Positions 1 to 8,895 of a stretch of DNA of 64,000 bases are shown here, piece by piece; position 1 is the first letter of the stretch; every line of letters begins with the position of its first letter. Source of the stretch: an uncultured Ignavibacteria bacterium (GTDB lineage: Bacteria > Bacteroidota > Ignavibacteria > Kapaibacteriales > Kapaibacteriaceae); NCBI GenBank assembly GCA_937870915.1, contig CALMZQ010000027.1:1289-65288 (forward strand). Reading direction: 5' to 3'. A program made the position numbers and the translations under genes. The notes beneath the pieces are model-generated. The model saw only the letters and a program-made list of their open reading frames with translations. It ran no database searches and was not told where the DNA came from.

Positions 1-270
1 GACTTCAAGAACGGTCGCATGCGTGTACTCGTTGCAACTGATATCGCAGCCCGCGGTATCGACATCAGCGAACTCCCAACTGTTGTGAACTATGACATTC
101 CGGACTCACCGGAAACATATGTCCACCGCATTGGCCGCACAGCCCGCGCCGGCAACTCAGGCGTGGCTCTCACACTCGCAACTCCGGAAGATCGCAGCCA
201 GCTTCGCGATATCGAGAAGCTTATCCGCATGCGTATCCCGGCTGTTCGGGACCATCCGTTCGAAGGATAA
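1..270 (+). CDS. DEAD-box ATP-dependent RNA helicase, C-terminal fragment (5' end outside window)
   Basis: The reading frame is open from base 1. The translation carries helicase motifs V-VI ([26 protein letters not shown]). Stop TAA at 268-270. Confidence 0.85.
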   Translation, partial: DFKNGRMRVLVATDIAARGIDISELPTVVNYDIPDSPETYVHRIGRTARAGNSGVALTLATPEDRSQLRDIEKLIRMRIPAVRDHPFEG

Positions 271-279
271 GGCGAAGAA

Positions 280-336
280 ATGACTAAATGACGTTATGAC
301 TAAATGACGTTATGACAATTATGACGCTATGACGTT
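280..336. repeat. Seven tandem ATGACnnn units (period 8, one of 9)
   Basis: ATGAC starts at 280, 288, 296, 304, 312, 321 and 329. The array begins 9 nt after the helicase stop. The same family occurs at 15488-15511 and 15711-15794. Confidence 0.9.
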
Positions 337-362
337 GTAATCCCAAAAAAACAAAAACGACG

Positions 363-402
363 AATGGTGCATTGGCTCTTGCCTCTGCACCATTTTTTTT
401 TT
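363..402. terminator. Bidirectional intrinsic terminator between convergent genes
   Basis: Stem AATGGTGCA (363-371) pairs with TGCACCATT (386-394), followed by T10. An A/T-rich run upstream serves the minus strand. Confidence 0.75.
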
Positions 403-430
403 GCGCACAACTCAGTACCTGCGCTACAGA

Positions 431-463
431 GTAACTAGTAACTGAGTAACTAGTAACTAGTAA
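431..463. repeat. GTAACTA heptamer array (about 5 units)
   Basis: Sequence is gtaactagtaactgagtaactagtaactagtaat. The TAG stop of the minus-strand gene (457-459) lies inside it. The same family occurs at 42240-42346. Confidence 0.9.
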
Positions 464-1413
464 TAGAACCTCATATCAATCGCAGCGCCCATAAAGAATG
501 CTTGCTTTTCGCCCCCTACATCACCGTATTGACCGTTGAGTTGGAATCCGAACGCAAAATATTGGGTGCCGCTGTATCCGATACGTAACGATCCTGTAGT
601 GACACTGCTGGACGATTCGGCATCTTCGATAGATGGGGTTTGACGATACACCAATGCCGCCGTAAGGGCCATGGGCACATCCGTTACATGACGAAGGTCC
701 GTATTAAAAGCCACGCCTGTGTTGAAGTATACTCCCGGGTCACCTCCGCGCACAATTGCCTCACCATAGACAGCTTCGAGAAAATAATTGGCGCCGAAGG
801 TTTCGTTGAATGCATATGCCGTGCGAGCGGTGAGTCCTGTTAGCAGGGCTGGTTTTGTCTGTACCAATGGGTTTTCCGCCCGAATAGCACTGCTATCGAT
901 GATCCCTTTGATCCAATTGTCTACATCAACAACAGTAACGTTGCCGTTTGTGAGATCGAGTGAGAGTGTTCCAAGGAATTTTTGTGTTTCTACAACTTTA
1001 ACCTTCCATCCAAGTCCAAACGTTGTGGCGGTATTCACACCCTGACTCAGCAGTGACGTAACATTAGTGCCTAATCGTCCAACAATTCGGAAGGTAGCAT
1101 ACACACTGAGCCAATCCTTGATACGCTGCTCATGCGCTGCCTGCATACTCACAATGGCCAAACTTCCTTGTGGAGCAACAACAATTCTGTCGCCAATGGT
1201 ATAGATCGGCAACTCAAGATTGAGTGTTGTACCGCCCCCTACCGTAACCTGAGAAACGGTACGAATAAACGGTGTTGGAACGCCAACTACCGGCTGAAAG
1301 AGATGGTTACCTAACACCGGTCCGGGTGATTGTGTAAACGTAATGTCTGCATCATGAGCGATCGCATAGACCGGAATGCACACCACGAGCATGAGCAATA
1401 GGAAATGTCTCAT
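457..1413 (-). CDS. Putative outer-membrane beta-barrel protein
   Basis: Signal peptide MRHFLLLMLVVCIPVYAIA, alternating beta-strand-like pattern, C-terminal aromatic residues (MRFYY). No family recognised. Confidence 0.55.
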   Translation of the reverse strand: MRHFLLLMLVVCIPVYAIAHDADITFTQSPGPVLGNHLFQPVVGVPTPFIRTVSQVTVGGGTTLNLELPIYTIGDRIVVAPQGSLAIVSMQAAHEQRIKDWLSVYATFRIVGRLGTNVTSLLSQGVNTATTFGLGWKVKVVETQKFLGTLSLDLTNGNVTVVDVDNWIKGIIDSSAIRAENPLVQTKPALLTGLTARTAYAFNETFGANYFLEAVYGEAIVRGGDPGVYFNTGVAFNTDLRHVTDVPMALTAALVYRQTPSIEDAESSSSVTTGSLRIGYSGTQYFAFGFQLNGQYGDVGGEKQAFFMGAAIDMRFYY

Positions 1414-2060
1414 TGTCCACCTCCAAATGCGTATTCGGCAAAGAAGCGGAACGAAAACCCACTCGACCGAAGGACGGGGGCAGGAGGAAGCGTGGAAAGG
1501 GGCTCACCATTCAACAGATTCGATAAACCCTGCTCGTATCGAAGCTCGGGAATCAGACGAACATCTCCGAGCCTGAACATGTATCCAAATCCGAGGTAGA
1601 CGCTGCCCTCCACTTTTACGAAGGCATCAGAGATTGTGATCATCGTATCCGGCTCTATAACCGAAACCCGTGCATCTTCATGAAAGCGAATATTCACCCC
1701 ACTGCTGAAGTACCACGTTTGGGAGCCTCCATAAATTCGGATGCCTACTGGAATTGCATAACTCGTTAACGAAAAATCTCCAACCGCATCAAGAGAGTCG
1801 GTTATGGGCAGAACATTTGAAACTGTATTGTTCCGCACATCATACCCTACACCCAGGGTAAGCTGAATCTCAGGGGTCACGAAATAGCCAGAACTGATAC
1901 CAGCCCCATATCCAAGACCGGCTGTTATCGTCTGGTCCTCCGGTGAATCCCCATTTAAAGAGAGTTTTTGTACATACCCGGTAACACCGAGATGCACCTG
2001 GGCAGAGGCACTGATAGCACCTATTGACCAGATCAGGAAGAACAGGGCATGTTTACTCAT
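1410..2060 (-). CDS. Putative small outer-membrane beta-barrel protein (OmpA-like/PorT-like barrel)
   Basis: Signal peptide ending SASAQ, Gly/aromatic-rich strand pattern. Its stop overlaps the downstream gene start by 4 nt. Confidence 0.55.
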   Translation of the reverse strand: MSKHALFFLIWSIGAISASAQVHLGVTGYVQKLSLNGDSPEDQTITAGLGYGAGISSGYFVTPEIQLTLGVGYDVRNNTVSNVLPITDSLDAVGDFSLTSYAIPVGIRIYGGSQTWYFSSGVNIRFHEDARVSVIEPDTMITISDAFVKVEGSVYLGFGYMFRLGDVRLIPELRYEQGLSNLLNGEPLSTLPPAPVLRSSGFSFRFFAEYAFGGGQ

Positions 2061-2064
2061 TTGG

Positions 2065-2072
2065 CAAAGGTA
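2065..2072 (-). promoter_or_regulatory. Candidate -7 box TACCTTTG, 4 nt upstream of the ATG at 2060
   Basis: Matches the Bacteroidetes-type TAnnTTTG motif. No clear -33 TTTG. Confidence 0.3.
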
Positions 2073-2111
2073 CAGAATGCCCGCAACCCCGTAACTCTGT
2101 AACTGCCTTTG

Positions 2112-2119
2112 TATATTTG
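2112..2119 (+). promoter_or_regulatory. Candidate -7 box TATATTTG for the gene starting at 2152
   Basis: Matches TAnnTTTG, 32 nt upstream of the ATG. No properly spaced -33 element. Confidence 0.3.
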
Positions 2120-2151
2120 CACTTCATTACAGCTCCTGAAGCGCTCAACAC

Positions 2152-3141
2152 ATGACTCCGTCAGACGAACAACACCAAGCTCCGTCACCATCATCATCCC
2201 CATCTGAAGGGGGCTCATCAGACAGCGAAGGACGTAACAAACGTCGCAGGCGCCGCGGTGGACGCCGCGGTGATGGTCAGAACCAAGAACCACGCGAGGG
2301 AGCTGAGCGCCGTCCTGCGCCTAGCGGTGACGATGATCGCCCATCCGTGCGTCACGCTGATACGCGCATCGACCGTGGCCCGGATCGCCCTGCGGAGAAC
2401 TCTGAAAGCCAACCCGAACCAGAAGGAGCCAGCGCTGATGCAGATCGCAAACGTAAACGGCGCCGGAAGAAAAGACCGAGTGGAGAGGGTCAAGGCCAAG
2501 CCGCTGGTACAGATGACCAACGTCCGACCCAAGAAACAGACGGACAAGCTCCCGTTGCCCCTTCTCAAGGACAGGCACCTCGCGAACAACAACGCGAACA
2601 ACAGCCACGGGAGCAACAAGCTCGTGGTGGTGGACGTCCTGGAGATCGCCGACGTGAGCCGGCTGAAAAGAAGGAACGCGCGCCACGCGGCTCTGTTCTC
2701 CAACGTCGTGTAACACGCGGTGAATACAACGACGTTCCGGTTCAGAAAGAAGAGCCAGTTGTTGTTACCCCGATCAACGCCATCAACGTAGAAGCGTATA
2801 TCGCTCATCACAAGGGATGGCAACGTGAGGTACTAACAACACTTCGCTCCATCGTTCGCGGAGCAGCCGGTGAGATCGAAGAAAGTATCCTTTGGTCACA
2901 GCCTGTTTTCTCAATGAATGGTCCGGTCTGCTACGTCAAGGCCTTTGCAGATCATGTGAACTTTGGCTTCTGGCGTGGCACCGAACTTGAGGATCCGGAT
3001 GGTCTCCTCGTGGGCGACCTAACGAAGATGCGACACATCACACTTCGGTCTATGAGTGATGTTAATCGTGAGCTCTTCGAGTCAATGGTACGCCAGGCAG
3101 TGCGACTCAACCGCGATAAGGGTGACCCTACGCTGTCGTAG
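2152..3141 (+). CDS. DUF1801 (YdhG-like) domain protein with a long Arg/Glu/Gly/Gln-rich N-terminal low-complexity region
   Basis: The C-terminal ~120 aa (VEAYIAHHKGWQREVL...VNFGFWRG...) resembles the DUF1801 fold family. The first ~190 aa are low complexity. Confidence 0.65.
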   Translation: MTPSDEQHQAPSPSSSPSEGGSSDSEGRNKRRRRRGGRRGDGQNQEPREGAERRPAPSGDDDRPSVRHADTRIDRGPDRPAENSESQPEPEGASADADRKRKRRRKKRPSGEGQGQAAGTDDQRPTQETDGQAPVAPSQGQAPREQQREQQPREQQARGGGRPGDRRREPAEKKERAPRGSVLQRRVTRGEYNDVPVQKEEPVVVTPINAINVEAYIAHHKGWQREVLTTLRSIVRGAAGEIEESILWSQPVFSMNGPVCYVKAFADHVNFGFWRGTELEDPDGLLVGDLTKMRHITLRSMSDVNRELFESMVRQAVRLNRDKGDPTLS

Positions 3142-4648
3142 TTGTTTGTTGGTGTGATTCGATTGCTTGGAGATATGCACGTGCATACCCGGCAAGCGTC
3201 CGTGCATCGTGGAGATCGTTGCGATTCATTGCGTCGGTTGACTCCTTTGTTTCTATGTCCGCTACAAGTTGGGCTAGCGATTCAATGTGCCGGTGCTTCG
3301 ATTCGTCCAATGCAACCCTATGCAGCAATAACCGCAGCTCTCGTAGTTGAGCATGCAGGTGTGGATCAGAAGTGCTATCGGATCCCATGTTTTGACGCTC
3401 GGGAGAAGGGGCTTCAGTGATTATTGAATTCATTGGAGGCGCTGTTGTGGAAATGCACTCAGCGGCGTTCAGGGCTGTCACACCGGCTTCGAGCAAGGAG
3501 TTGGATGCGAGTCGATTAGATCCGTGCATTCCTGTACGAGCGCATTCACCTATGGCAAACAGACCTTGCTGCGACGTCTTCCCATCACAACCGGCATCTA
3601 TACCGCCACACTGATAGTGGGCTCCGGGTCGTACCGGTATCAGATCCGTTGATGGATCGAGTAGTTCACGGGAGCAGAGATCCAAGAATCCGGGGAATCG
3701 CCGGCTGAGCATGACTGTTGAGAGGTGTCGACAATCCAAGTAGACGTGATCGGTTTCGGTTAGCTCCATTTCTTGGATCATCGCAGCTGAGACTACGTCT
3801 CTTGGGGCCAATTCGCCTCTTTCATCACAACACTTCACGAATCGCTGCCCCTTGTTGTTCACAAGATAGGCACCTGCACCTCGGAGCGCTTCAGTGATGA
3901 GTGGTCTCGATGCTTGGTCGCCTGACGTTACCAGCAACGTTGGATGAAACTGCATCCATTGGAGATCCTTCAGCGGGAGATCAAGTGACATGGCAAGGTT
4001 AACGGCATCTCCGATGGCTGTTGGAAGATTGGATGAATACCCGAATGCATTTCCGGAACCTCCCATTGCAAGGATCACGTACCGTGCATGAACAACATAT
4101 GTTTTGTTCGATGCACTGTGATTGATCTCAAGCACCCACTGATCATCATCGTTATATCGCAAAGCGATGAGGCGCATACCCTCGCGAACAGTGATGGTAG
4201 AGGCCCATCCAAGAGCTTCATGCACAGTGGACATGATCGTTGCACCTGTTGCGTCCGATGTGTGGATCACTCGCGGTCGATAATGCCCACCCTCCAAAAC
4301 ATAATGGTAATGATCGTCGCTCGTTCTGTCAAAGTCAATGCCTAATCCTTCCAGGTAGGCAACGAGTTTTGGGGCAGAAACAAGGATCTCGCGAACCGTG
4401 TGCGGGTCACCCTTCATGTTCCCCGCCACAAGCGTATCATGGAAATGGCTCTCGAGGTCACCTTCAACGTCTGCACAAGGAATTGCAATTCCTCCTTGAG
4501 CGAGCTGACTTGAACACTCTGATAATGCCCCTTTCGAAATCATCAAGATCGAAAGATCGGGTCGCAGTTCAGACAGTCGAAGCGCAGCGATGGACCCGGC
4601 GATACCAGCTCCAACGATGATAACACTATACCGAGAGTGGATCATCAC
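3128..4648 (-). CDS. nadB: L-aspartate oxidase
   Basis: FAD motif VIIVGAGIAGS, HYQCGGI, GLFAIGECARTGMHGSNRLASNSLLE. GTG at 4648 or ATG at 4645. Overlaps the nadA stop. Confidence 0.9.
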   Translation of the reverse strand: MMIHSRYSVIIVGAGIAGSIAALRLSELRPDLSILMISKGALSECSSQLAQGGIAIPCADVEGDLESHFHDTLVAGNMKGDPHTVREILVSAPKLVAYLEGLGIDFDRTSDDHYHYVLEGGHYRPRVIHTSDATGATIMSTVHEALGWASTITVREGMRLIALRYNDDDQWVLEINHSASNKTYVVHARYVILAMGGSGNAFGYSSNLPTAIGDAVNLAMSLDLPLKDLQWMQFHPTLLVTSGDQASRPLITEALRGAGAYLVNNKGQRFVKCCDERGELAPRDVVSAAMIQEMELTETDHVYLDCRHLSTVMLSRRFPGFLDLCSRELLDPSTDLIPVRPGAHYQCGGIDAGCDGKTSQQGLFAIGECARTGMHGSNRLASNSLLEAGVTALNAAECISTTAPPMNSIITEAPSPERQNMGSDSTSDPHLHAQLRELRLLLHRVALDESKHRHIESLAQLVADIETKESTDAMNRNDLHDARTLAGYARAYLQAIESHQQTTTTA

Positions 4649-5571
4649 TGTTCCGCAAACATGCGAAGTATGGGCGCACGGGCACGTTCCAGCAACCCCT
4701 GCTCGATATCGATTCTCGGTTGCAAACTCTCAAGAGCTTGATAGACGAGATCCAGCGTATTTCTCTTCATATGAGGACACTCACTACACGCACATTCCGT
4801 GATGTGTTTTGGCGGAGCCGGAGTGAGGTTTGCTGTGGGAGCAGCTCTTTGCATCTCAATAAGTATCCCGACCTCGGTAGCAACGATGAATCTCCCCTGC
4901 GAATGCTCGGCCACATACCGCAACAATTGTGAGGTAGAGCCGATCACATCGGAGACCCCAAGCACGGACTTGGCACATTCCGGATGAGCAAGGACAACTG
5001 CTGTGGGATCGAGCTCTTTTGCTCGTGATATCTGCACTGCATCAAATGCATCATGCACATCACACTGTCCGTTCCATGTAATAATGTTGCGACCGGTTCG
5101 CTCTGCAAGCCATCGTCCAAGATTCTTATCCGGACCAAAGAGAATCGATCGTTCTTTTGGGATCCGGCGAATAATGTCCTCGGCGTTACTCGATGTACAG
5201 ACGATGTCACTCATAGCCTTGACTTCAAGGCTGCTATTGATGTAGCTCACTACCTCGTGGTCGGGATGATCTGAAATGAACCTTTGATATTCCTCGGGTG
5301 GACTTTGCTCAACCAAGGAACAGCTTGCGTCCAATGTTGGCGCGAGCACAATCTTGTGAGGATTCAACAGCTTGGCAGTCTCGGCCATGAAGCGCACTCC
5401 TGCAATGAGTATCACATCGGCGTGCGATTCTTGAGCCTTGGAAGCGAGTTGCAGGCTGTCACCGATCCAGTCAGCCACCGATTGGATCTCAGCGTCCTGA
5501 TAATAGTGGGCAAGGATAACGGCGTTCTGCCGCTTCTTCAGATCAGCAATGCGGTCTTTATAGTCTGGCAT
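4645..5571 (-). CDS. nadA: Quinolinate synthase
   Basis: Full-length similarity pattern to NadA. The ORF-track start at 5580 is TTG; the first ATG is at 5571. Confidence 0.9.
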   Translation of the reverse strand: MPDYKDRIADLKKRQNAVILAHYYQDAEIQSVADWIGDSLQLASKAQESHADVILIAGVRFMAETAKLLNPHKIVLAPTLDASCSLVEQSPPEEYQRFISDHPDHEVVSYINSSLEVKAMSDIVCTSSNAEDIIRRIPKERSILFGPDKNLGRWLAERTGRNIITWNGQCDVHDAFDAVQISRAKELDPTAVVLAHPECAKSVLGVSDVIGSTSQLLRYVAEHSQGRFIVATEVGILIEMQRAAPTANLTPAPPKHITECACSECPHMKRNTLDLVYQALESLQPRIDIEQGLLERARAPILRMFAEQ

Positions 5572-5577
5572 AGACAA

Positions 5578-5585
5578 CAAATTTA
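5578..5585 (-). promoter_or_regulatory. Candidate -7 box TAAATTTG, 6 nt upstream of the nadA ATG
   Basis: Matches TAnnTTTG in the 48-nt hom-nadA spacer. Confidence 0.3.
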
Positions 5586-5628
5586 AGACAATGTTGTCTG
5601 TTTTACGTCGAGTGTGCCAAATTTGTCT

Positions 5629-6822
5629 TCAGTCCTCCGGTAGGATGGCTATAAAGGTCTCCGGATCCAGAAATGCCGGACTCGTGTGGAGTGCGTCGAG
5701 CTGTACATGACCGATCACATATCTCCCGCTTGAACTGCGGTGGTCAACCTCCACAATGGAGAAGGGTATGCTGGTGATCTGGTCATTCGTCCCACGAACG
5801 TAGATAGCAACTTCTACATCGTGGTTCACCACCGGGGGAGAAGCCTGACCAAGCTTCTTGTATTCATAGCGGTAGCCGTATCGAAGTGCTGCGATATCCG
5901 ACAAAACAGCCGAGGCAGTTGGTCCGCCCCCTGCCCCCTTCCCAACAAGTAACTGCGCATCTGAAAATGCAGCGGTCAGGCGAACGGCATTCACCTCGTT
6001 TCGAACACCGGCTAGGGGGCTCGTGTTCTGTGTCAAGGCCGGGAGTGCAAGCAGGGACAGCCCACTACCATGCAGTTGTACCCTGGACAGGAGTTTGATG
6101 GTGCGCAATTGTTGTTGTGCTATCGATATGTCGAAAGGAGTAACGGATGTGATTCCCCTGCGCACGATCTGAAGCGGACTAACAACTACTCCAAAGGCAT
6201 GGGCTGCAATGATCGTGGTCTTGAATGCAGCATCAAAGGCTTCTACATCAAGGGTGGGATCGCTCTCGGCAAAGCCAAGTTTCTGCGCCTGAGCCAGGGC
6301 AGAGGCATAACCACCGGAAGATGGTTCGTGAAGGGCAGTGAGGATGTAATTCGTGGTACCGTTAACAATACCCTCTACGCGACTCAACATGTCGTTGTCG
6401 TAATACTCCTCAAGATTTCGGATGATGGGTATACTTCCGCATGTTGATGCCTCATACAACAACGAAGATCCCGTCTCTCGCTGAATATCGAGAAGTTCTT
6501 GGAGTCGTGTGGCAACCAGACGCTTGTTTGCCGTTACTACAGACTTGCCATTGCGCAGTGCCGTGCTTACGATGTCGAACGCAGCCTCGGCATCGTCAAT
6601 GAGTTCTACCACAACGTTGATATGTGGGTCTGTGAGAATGTCTTCCTTATGGAAGGTGAAGGACGAGGCTGGTAAGGGGCGATCCTTGAACCTGTCTTTT
6701 ACGCAGATCCTAGAGACCTCTGCCTGAAGACCGGGTGTGCGATGTAACACGTCGTAGAGTCCTTGGCCTACTACGCCAAATCCAAAAAGTCCGATGCGTT
6801 GTTTTGCTGGTGTTGTGCTCAT
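5629..6822 (-). CDS. hom: Homoserine dehydrogenase
   Basis: NAD-binding N-terminus GLFGFGVVGQG and the catalytic-domain pattern (GKGAGGGPTASAVLSDI). Start overlaps the metX stop (ATGA). Confidence 0.85.
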   Translation of the reverse strand: MSTTPAKQRIGLFGFGVVGQGLYDVLHRTPGLQAEVSRICVKDRFKDRPLPASSFTFHKEDILTDPHINVVVELIDDAEAAFDIVSTALRNGKSVVTANKRLVATRLQELLDIQRETGSSLLYEASTCGSIPIIRNLEEYYDNDMLSRVEGIVNGTTNYILTALHEPSSGGYASALAQAQKLGFAESDPTLDVEAFDAAFKTTIIAAHAFGVVVSPLQIVRRGITSVTPFDISIAQQQLRTIKLLSRVQLHGSGLSLLALPALTQNTSPLAGVRNEVNAVRLTAAFSDAQLLVGKGAGGGPTASAVLSDIAALRYGYRYEYKKLGQASPPVVNHDVEVAIYVRGTNDQITSIPFSIVEVDHRSSSGRYVIGHVQLDALHTSPAFLDPETFIAILPED

Positions 6823-7826
6823 GAGAAGATCTTTTCGTGTTGAAGAATGATGGAAAGTTTTCGTTGGTCGATCAAAAAGGCGTCATGGCCTGCTGCCGAA
6901 GTGAGTCTGCGATAACGAGAGCGTGGGATCATGTCGCTGATAAAATGTTGCTCTGCCTCCGGAAAGAGGAGATCGGAATCGATACCGACTACGATGCTGT
7001 GGGCAGTAATTGATCGCAATGCTGCACCGATGCCTCCCCTACCGCGTCCTACGTCGTGACTGTCCATAGCACGTGTGAGCGCGTGATATGCGTGAGCGTT
7101 GAAACGATGGGCTAGCTTCAGGCCTTGGTGACGTTGATACGACTCAGCATGAAAGTCCTCGATGCGTTCATCATCCTCACGTTGCCGTACGTTGTATAAC
7201 ACCGGTGTTCGATAGGAGATCATCCCAATAGCCCGTGCTGCAATGAGTCCGGCAACACCACCATCTTCTCTGTCTTCAGAAAACGTTGGGTCTGCCTCCA
7301 ACGCAAGTCTCTGCGCCGCATTAAATGCAATTGCCCACGGAGAATGTTTTGCGTTCGTTGCAATGGGAACGATGCGCTCAACAACTGTCGGCTCCAGCAG
7401 TGCCCATTCGAGCACGTGTTGTCCGCCCATCGATCCGCCAATAAGCGTGCGTATACGTGTAATGCCGAGTGCTTCACGCAGCCGAATAAATGCTCGTACC
7501 TGGTCTCGTGCAGTTACCAGCGGGAACGAACCATATAAGGGGCTACCTGTTTCCACCGAGGATGTTGGACCGGTTGAACCATAACACGATCCGATCATGT
7601 TCGCACAAACAACGAAGTGACTGTTCGTGTCGATGATGCGGCCGGGGCCCACAAGCCCGCTCCACCACGCTGCAGCATCACTATTTCCCGTGAGCGCATG
7701 GCAGATCCATATCACATTATCAGCTTCTGCATTCAATGTGCCATAGGTCTGATAGGCAACTTCAAGTGGTGATAATGAAGAGCCCCCTTCAAGAACGAAC
7801 GGGAGAGGATCGCGAAAAACGTTCAT
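6819..7826 (-). CDS. metX: Homoserine O-acetyltransferase
   Basis: Alpha/beta-hydrolase with GGSMGG nucleophile elbow and a typical MetX N-terminus from MNVFRDPLPF. The ORF extends upstream to 7901, but ATG 7826 fits homolog length. Confidence 0.85.
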   Translation of the reverse strand: MNVFRDPLPFVLEGGSSLSPLEVAYQTYGTLNAEADNVIWICHALTGNSDAAAWWSGLVGPGRIIDTNSHFVVCANMIGSCYGSTGPTSSVETGSPLYGSFPLVTARDQVRAFIRLREALGITRIRTLIGGSMGGQHVLEWALLEPTVVERIVPIATNAKHSPWAIAFNAAQRLALEADPTFSEDREDGGVAGLIAARAIGMISYRTPVLYNVRQREDDERIEDFHAESYQRHQGLKLAHRFNAHAYHALTRAMDSHDVGRGRGGIGAALRSITAHSIVVGIDSDLLFPEAEQHFISDMIPRSRYRRLTSAAGHDAFLIDQRKLSIILQHEKIFS

Positions 7827-8205
7827 CAAATACTCCGTAGATAATTGCACCAAGAAGAGCACCGAACAGGACGAGAAGAGCTGTTGGAGTTCCTGCACCA
7901 ACGTGGACGTATAGTGGTCCCGGACAAAGTCCCGTTAGTCCCCACCCTACACCAAAGAGCACACTCCCATACACCGTTCGGCTTGTGAAAGCCTTTGTAG
8001 GAATAGGAAGGGGCTCCTGGTCCCCGCGAACTTTCGTCAAGAAATACGTCGAAACGAAGGCCACAATCACGGCAGTTGAAAAGACCAAGAGGACATGAGG
8101 GTCTTGGAGGTTGAACAACCCCGCCATCCGCCGCCACGATGTAAGACCGGAGAGGATGAGCACTGTACCGAAATACAGTCCATAAAGAAATGACCGAAGG
8201 ATCAT
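7789..8205 (-). CDS. YeeE/YedE-family sulfur-compound transporter, second half-size subunit
   Basis: Four-helix hydrophobic protein starting MILRSFLYGLYFG. ATG 8205 overlaps the stop of the preceding half (ATGA). Confidence 0.7.
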   Translation of the reverse strand: MILRSFLYGLYFGTVLILSGLTSWRRMAGLFNLQDPHVLLVFSTAVIVAFVSTYFLTKVRGDQEPLPIPTKAFTSRTVYGSVLFGVGWGLTGLCPGPLYVHVGAGTPTALLVLFGALLGAIIYGVFDERFSRSSPVRS

Positions 8206-8687
8206 CGCATTCCTCCGAATCCGGCATGAAGAATGTGCGCAGTGAACAAAAACGTACCGATAGCCGTTGCGAAGAATGTGGCCGTGGCTATCAAGCTTGA
8301 CTTCTGTCGCGTGGCAATACCGGTGAGTCCATGACCACTCGTACATCCTTGCGCCAGGCGCGTTCCAAGTCCGATCAATACTCCAGACACCACAAGAATG
8401 AAGGTTCCGTTTTCCGTATTCACCCACTGCACAACGTCGCTCTCAAAATCAACGCCCAGAACCACGCGCGCAATGAGCCCGGAAGAAACGATCCCACCAA
8501 GCACGGCAAGGCTCCACACATGCCGACCCAGCGCATACCGGAAGTGTGATATGCGACGTATCGGAGGAAACAATGCACAGAGATGTTCTAGGTTTCTCGA
8601 GAGGCCAAGAGGCTTCTTCAAGAACCATAACGCAAGAGGAACAGCTAGTCCGAGGAGAATCCCGGAGAGATACCATGGCAACTGCAT
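8202..8687 (-). CDS. YeeE/YedE-family sulfur-compound transporter, first half-size subunit
   Basis: Hydrophobic protein with the conserved GCTSGHG motif. Confidence 0.75.
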   Translation of the reverse strand: MQLPWYLSGILLGLAVPLALWFLKKPLGLSRNLEHLCALFPPIRRISHFRYALGRHVWSLAVLGGIVSSGLIARVVLGVDFESDVVQWVNTENGTFILVVSGVLIGLGTRLAQGCTSGHGLTGIATRQKSSLIATATFFATAIGTFLFTAHILHAGFGGMR

Positions 8688-8730
8688 AGAGAGCTCGAAG
8701 GATGGGGATAGCTCTCTTCGTCCGTAAACG

Positions 8731-8764
8731 AAAAAACGCCATCCCCGGTGAAAGGAATGGCGTT
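8731..8764 (-). terminator. Intrinsic terminator (candidate attenuator) between the leader ORF and the YeeE/YedE genes
   Basis: On the minus-strand RNA, AACGCCAUUCC pairs with GGGAUGGCGUU (11 bp including one G-U) around an 8-nt loop. A U6 tract follows (two of these U residues close the stem). It lies 25 nt after the leader stop and about 45 nt before ATG 8687. Confidence 0.65.
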
Positions 8765-8789
8765 TTGTGTTTATTCAACGTTGCGGTTC

Positions 8790-8888
8790 TTACCCGCGCC
8801 ACTCCTCACCGGACATGTGCATACACATCATCATGCAGTTCTGCATCATGGTGGACATGTTCGTCGTGATATGGCGTTGGGCGTTCAT
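8790..8888 (-). CDS. 32-codon Met/Cys-rich leader peptide MNAQRHITTNMSTMMQNCMMMCMHMSGEEWRG (not in the ORF track)
   Basis: Hand translation of the reverse complement, ATG 8888 to TAA 8790. It has 9 Met and 2 Cys, with a promoter directly upstream and a terminator directly downstream. Confidence 0.5.
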   Translation of the reverse strand: MNAQRHITTNMSTMMQNCMMMCMHMSGEEWRG

Positions 8889-8895
8889 TGAGTTC

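Noticed and set aside
2218-2823. Three overlapping ORFs in other frames (2218-2823 and 2321-2716 on the minus strand, 2258-2713 on the plus strand) across the low-complexity region
   Set aside because: They are open only because of the skewed GA/CG-rich composition of the Arg/Glu-rich segment. The plus-strand frame starting at 2152 continues into a recognisable DUF1801 domain.
7789-8427. Long versions of overlapping ORFs (212 aa at 7789-8427, 133 aa at 7826-8227, 360 aa at 6819-7901)
   Set aside because: The N-terminal extensions overlap neighbouring genes and lack hydrophobic or family character. Internal ATGs at 8205 and 7826 give ATGA-coupled, homolog-length products.
8449-8802. 117-aa minus-strand ORF overlapping the leader/terminator region and the first YeeE/YedE gene
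   Set aside because: It is out of frame with the well-supported transporter gene and spans the terminator hairpin. The short Met-rich ORF plus the transporter ORF explain the region better.
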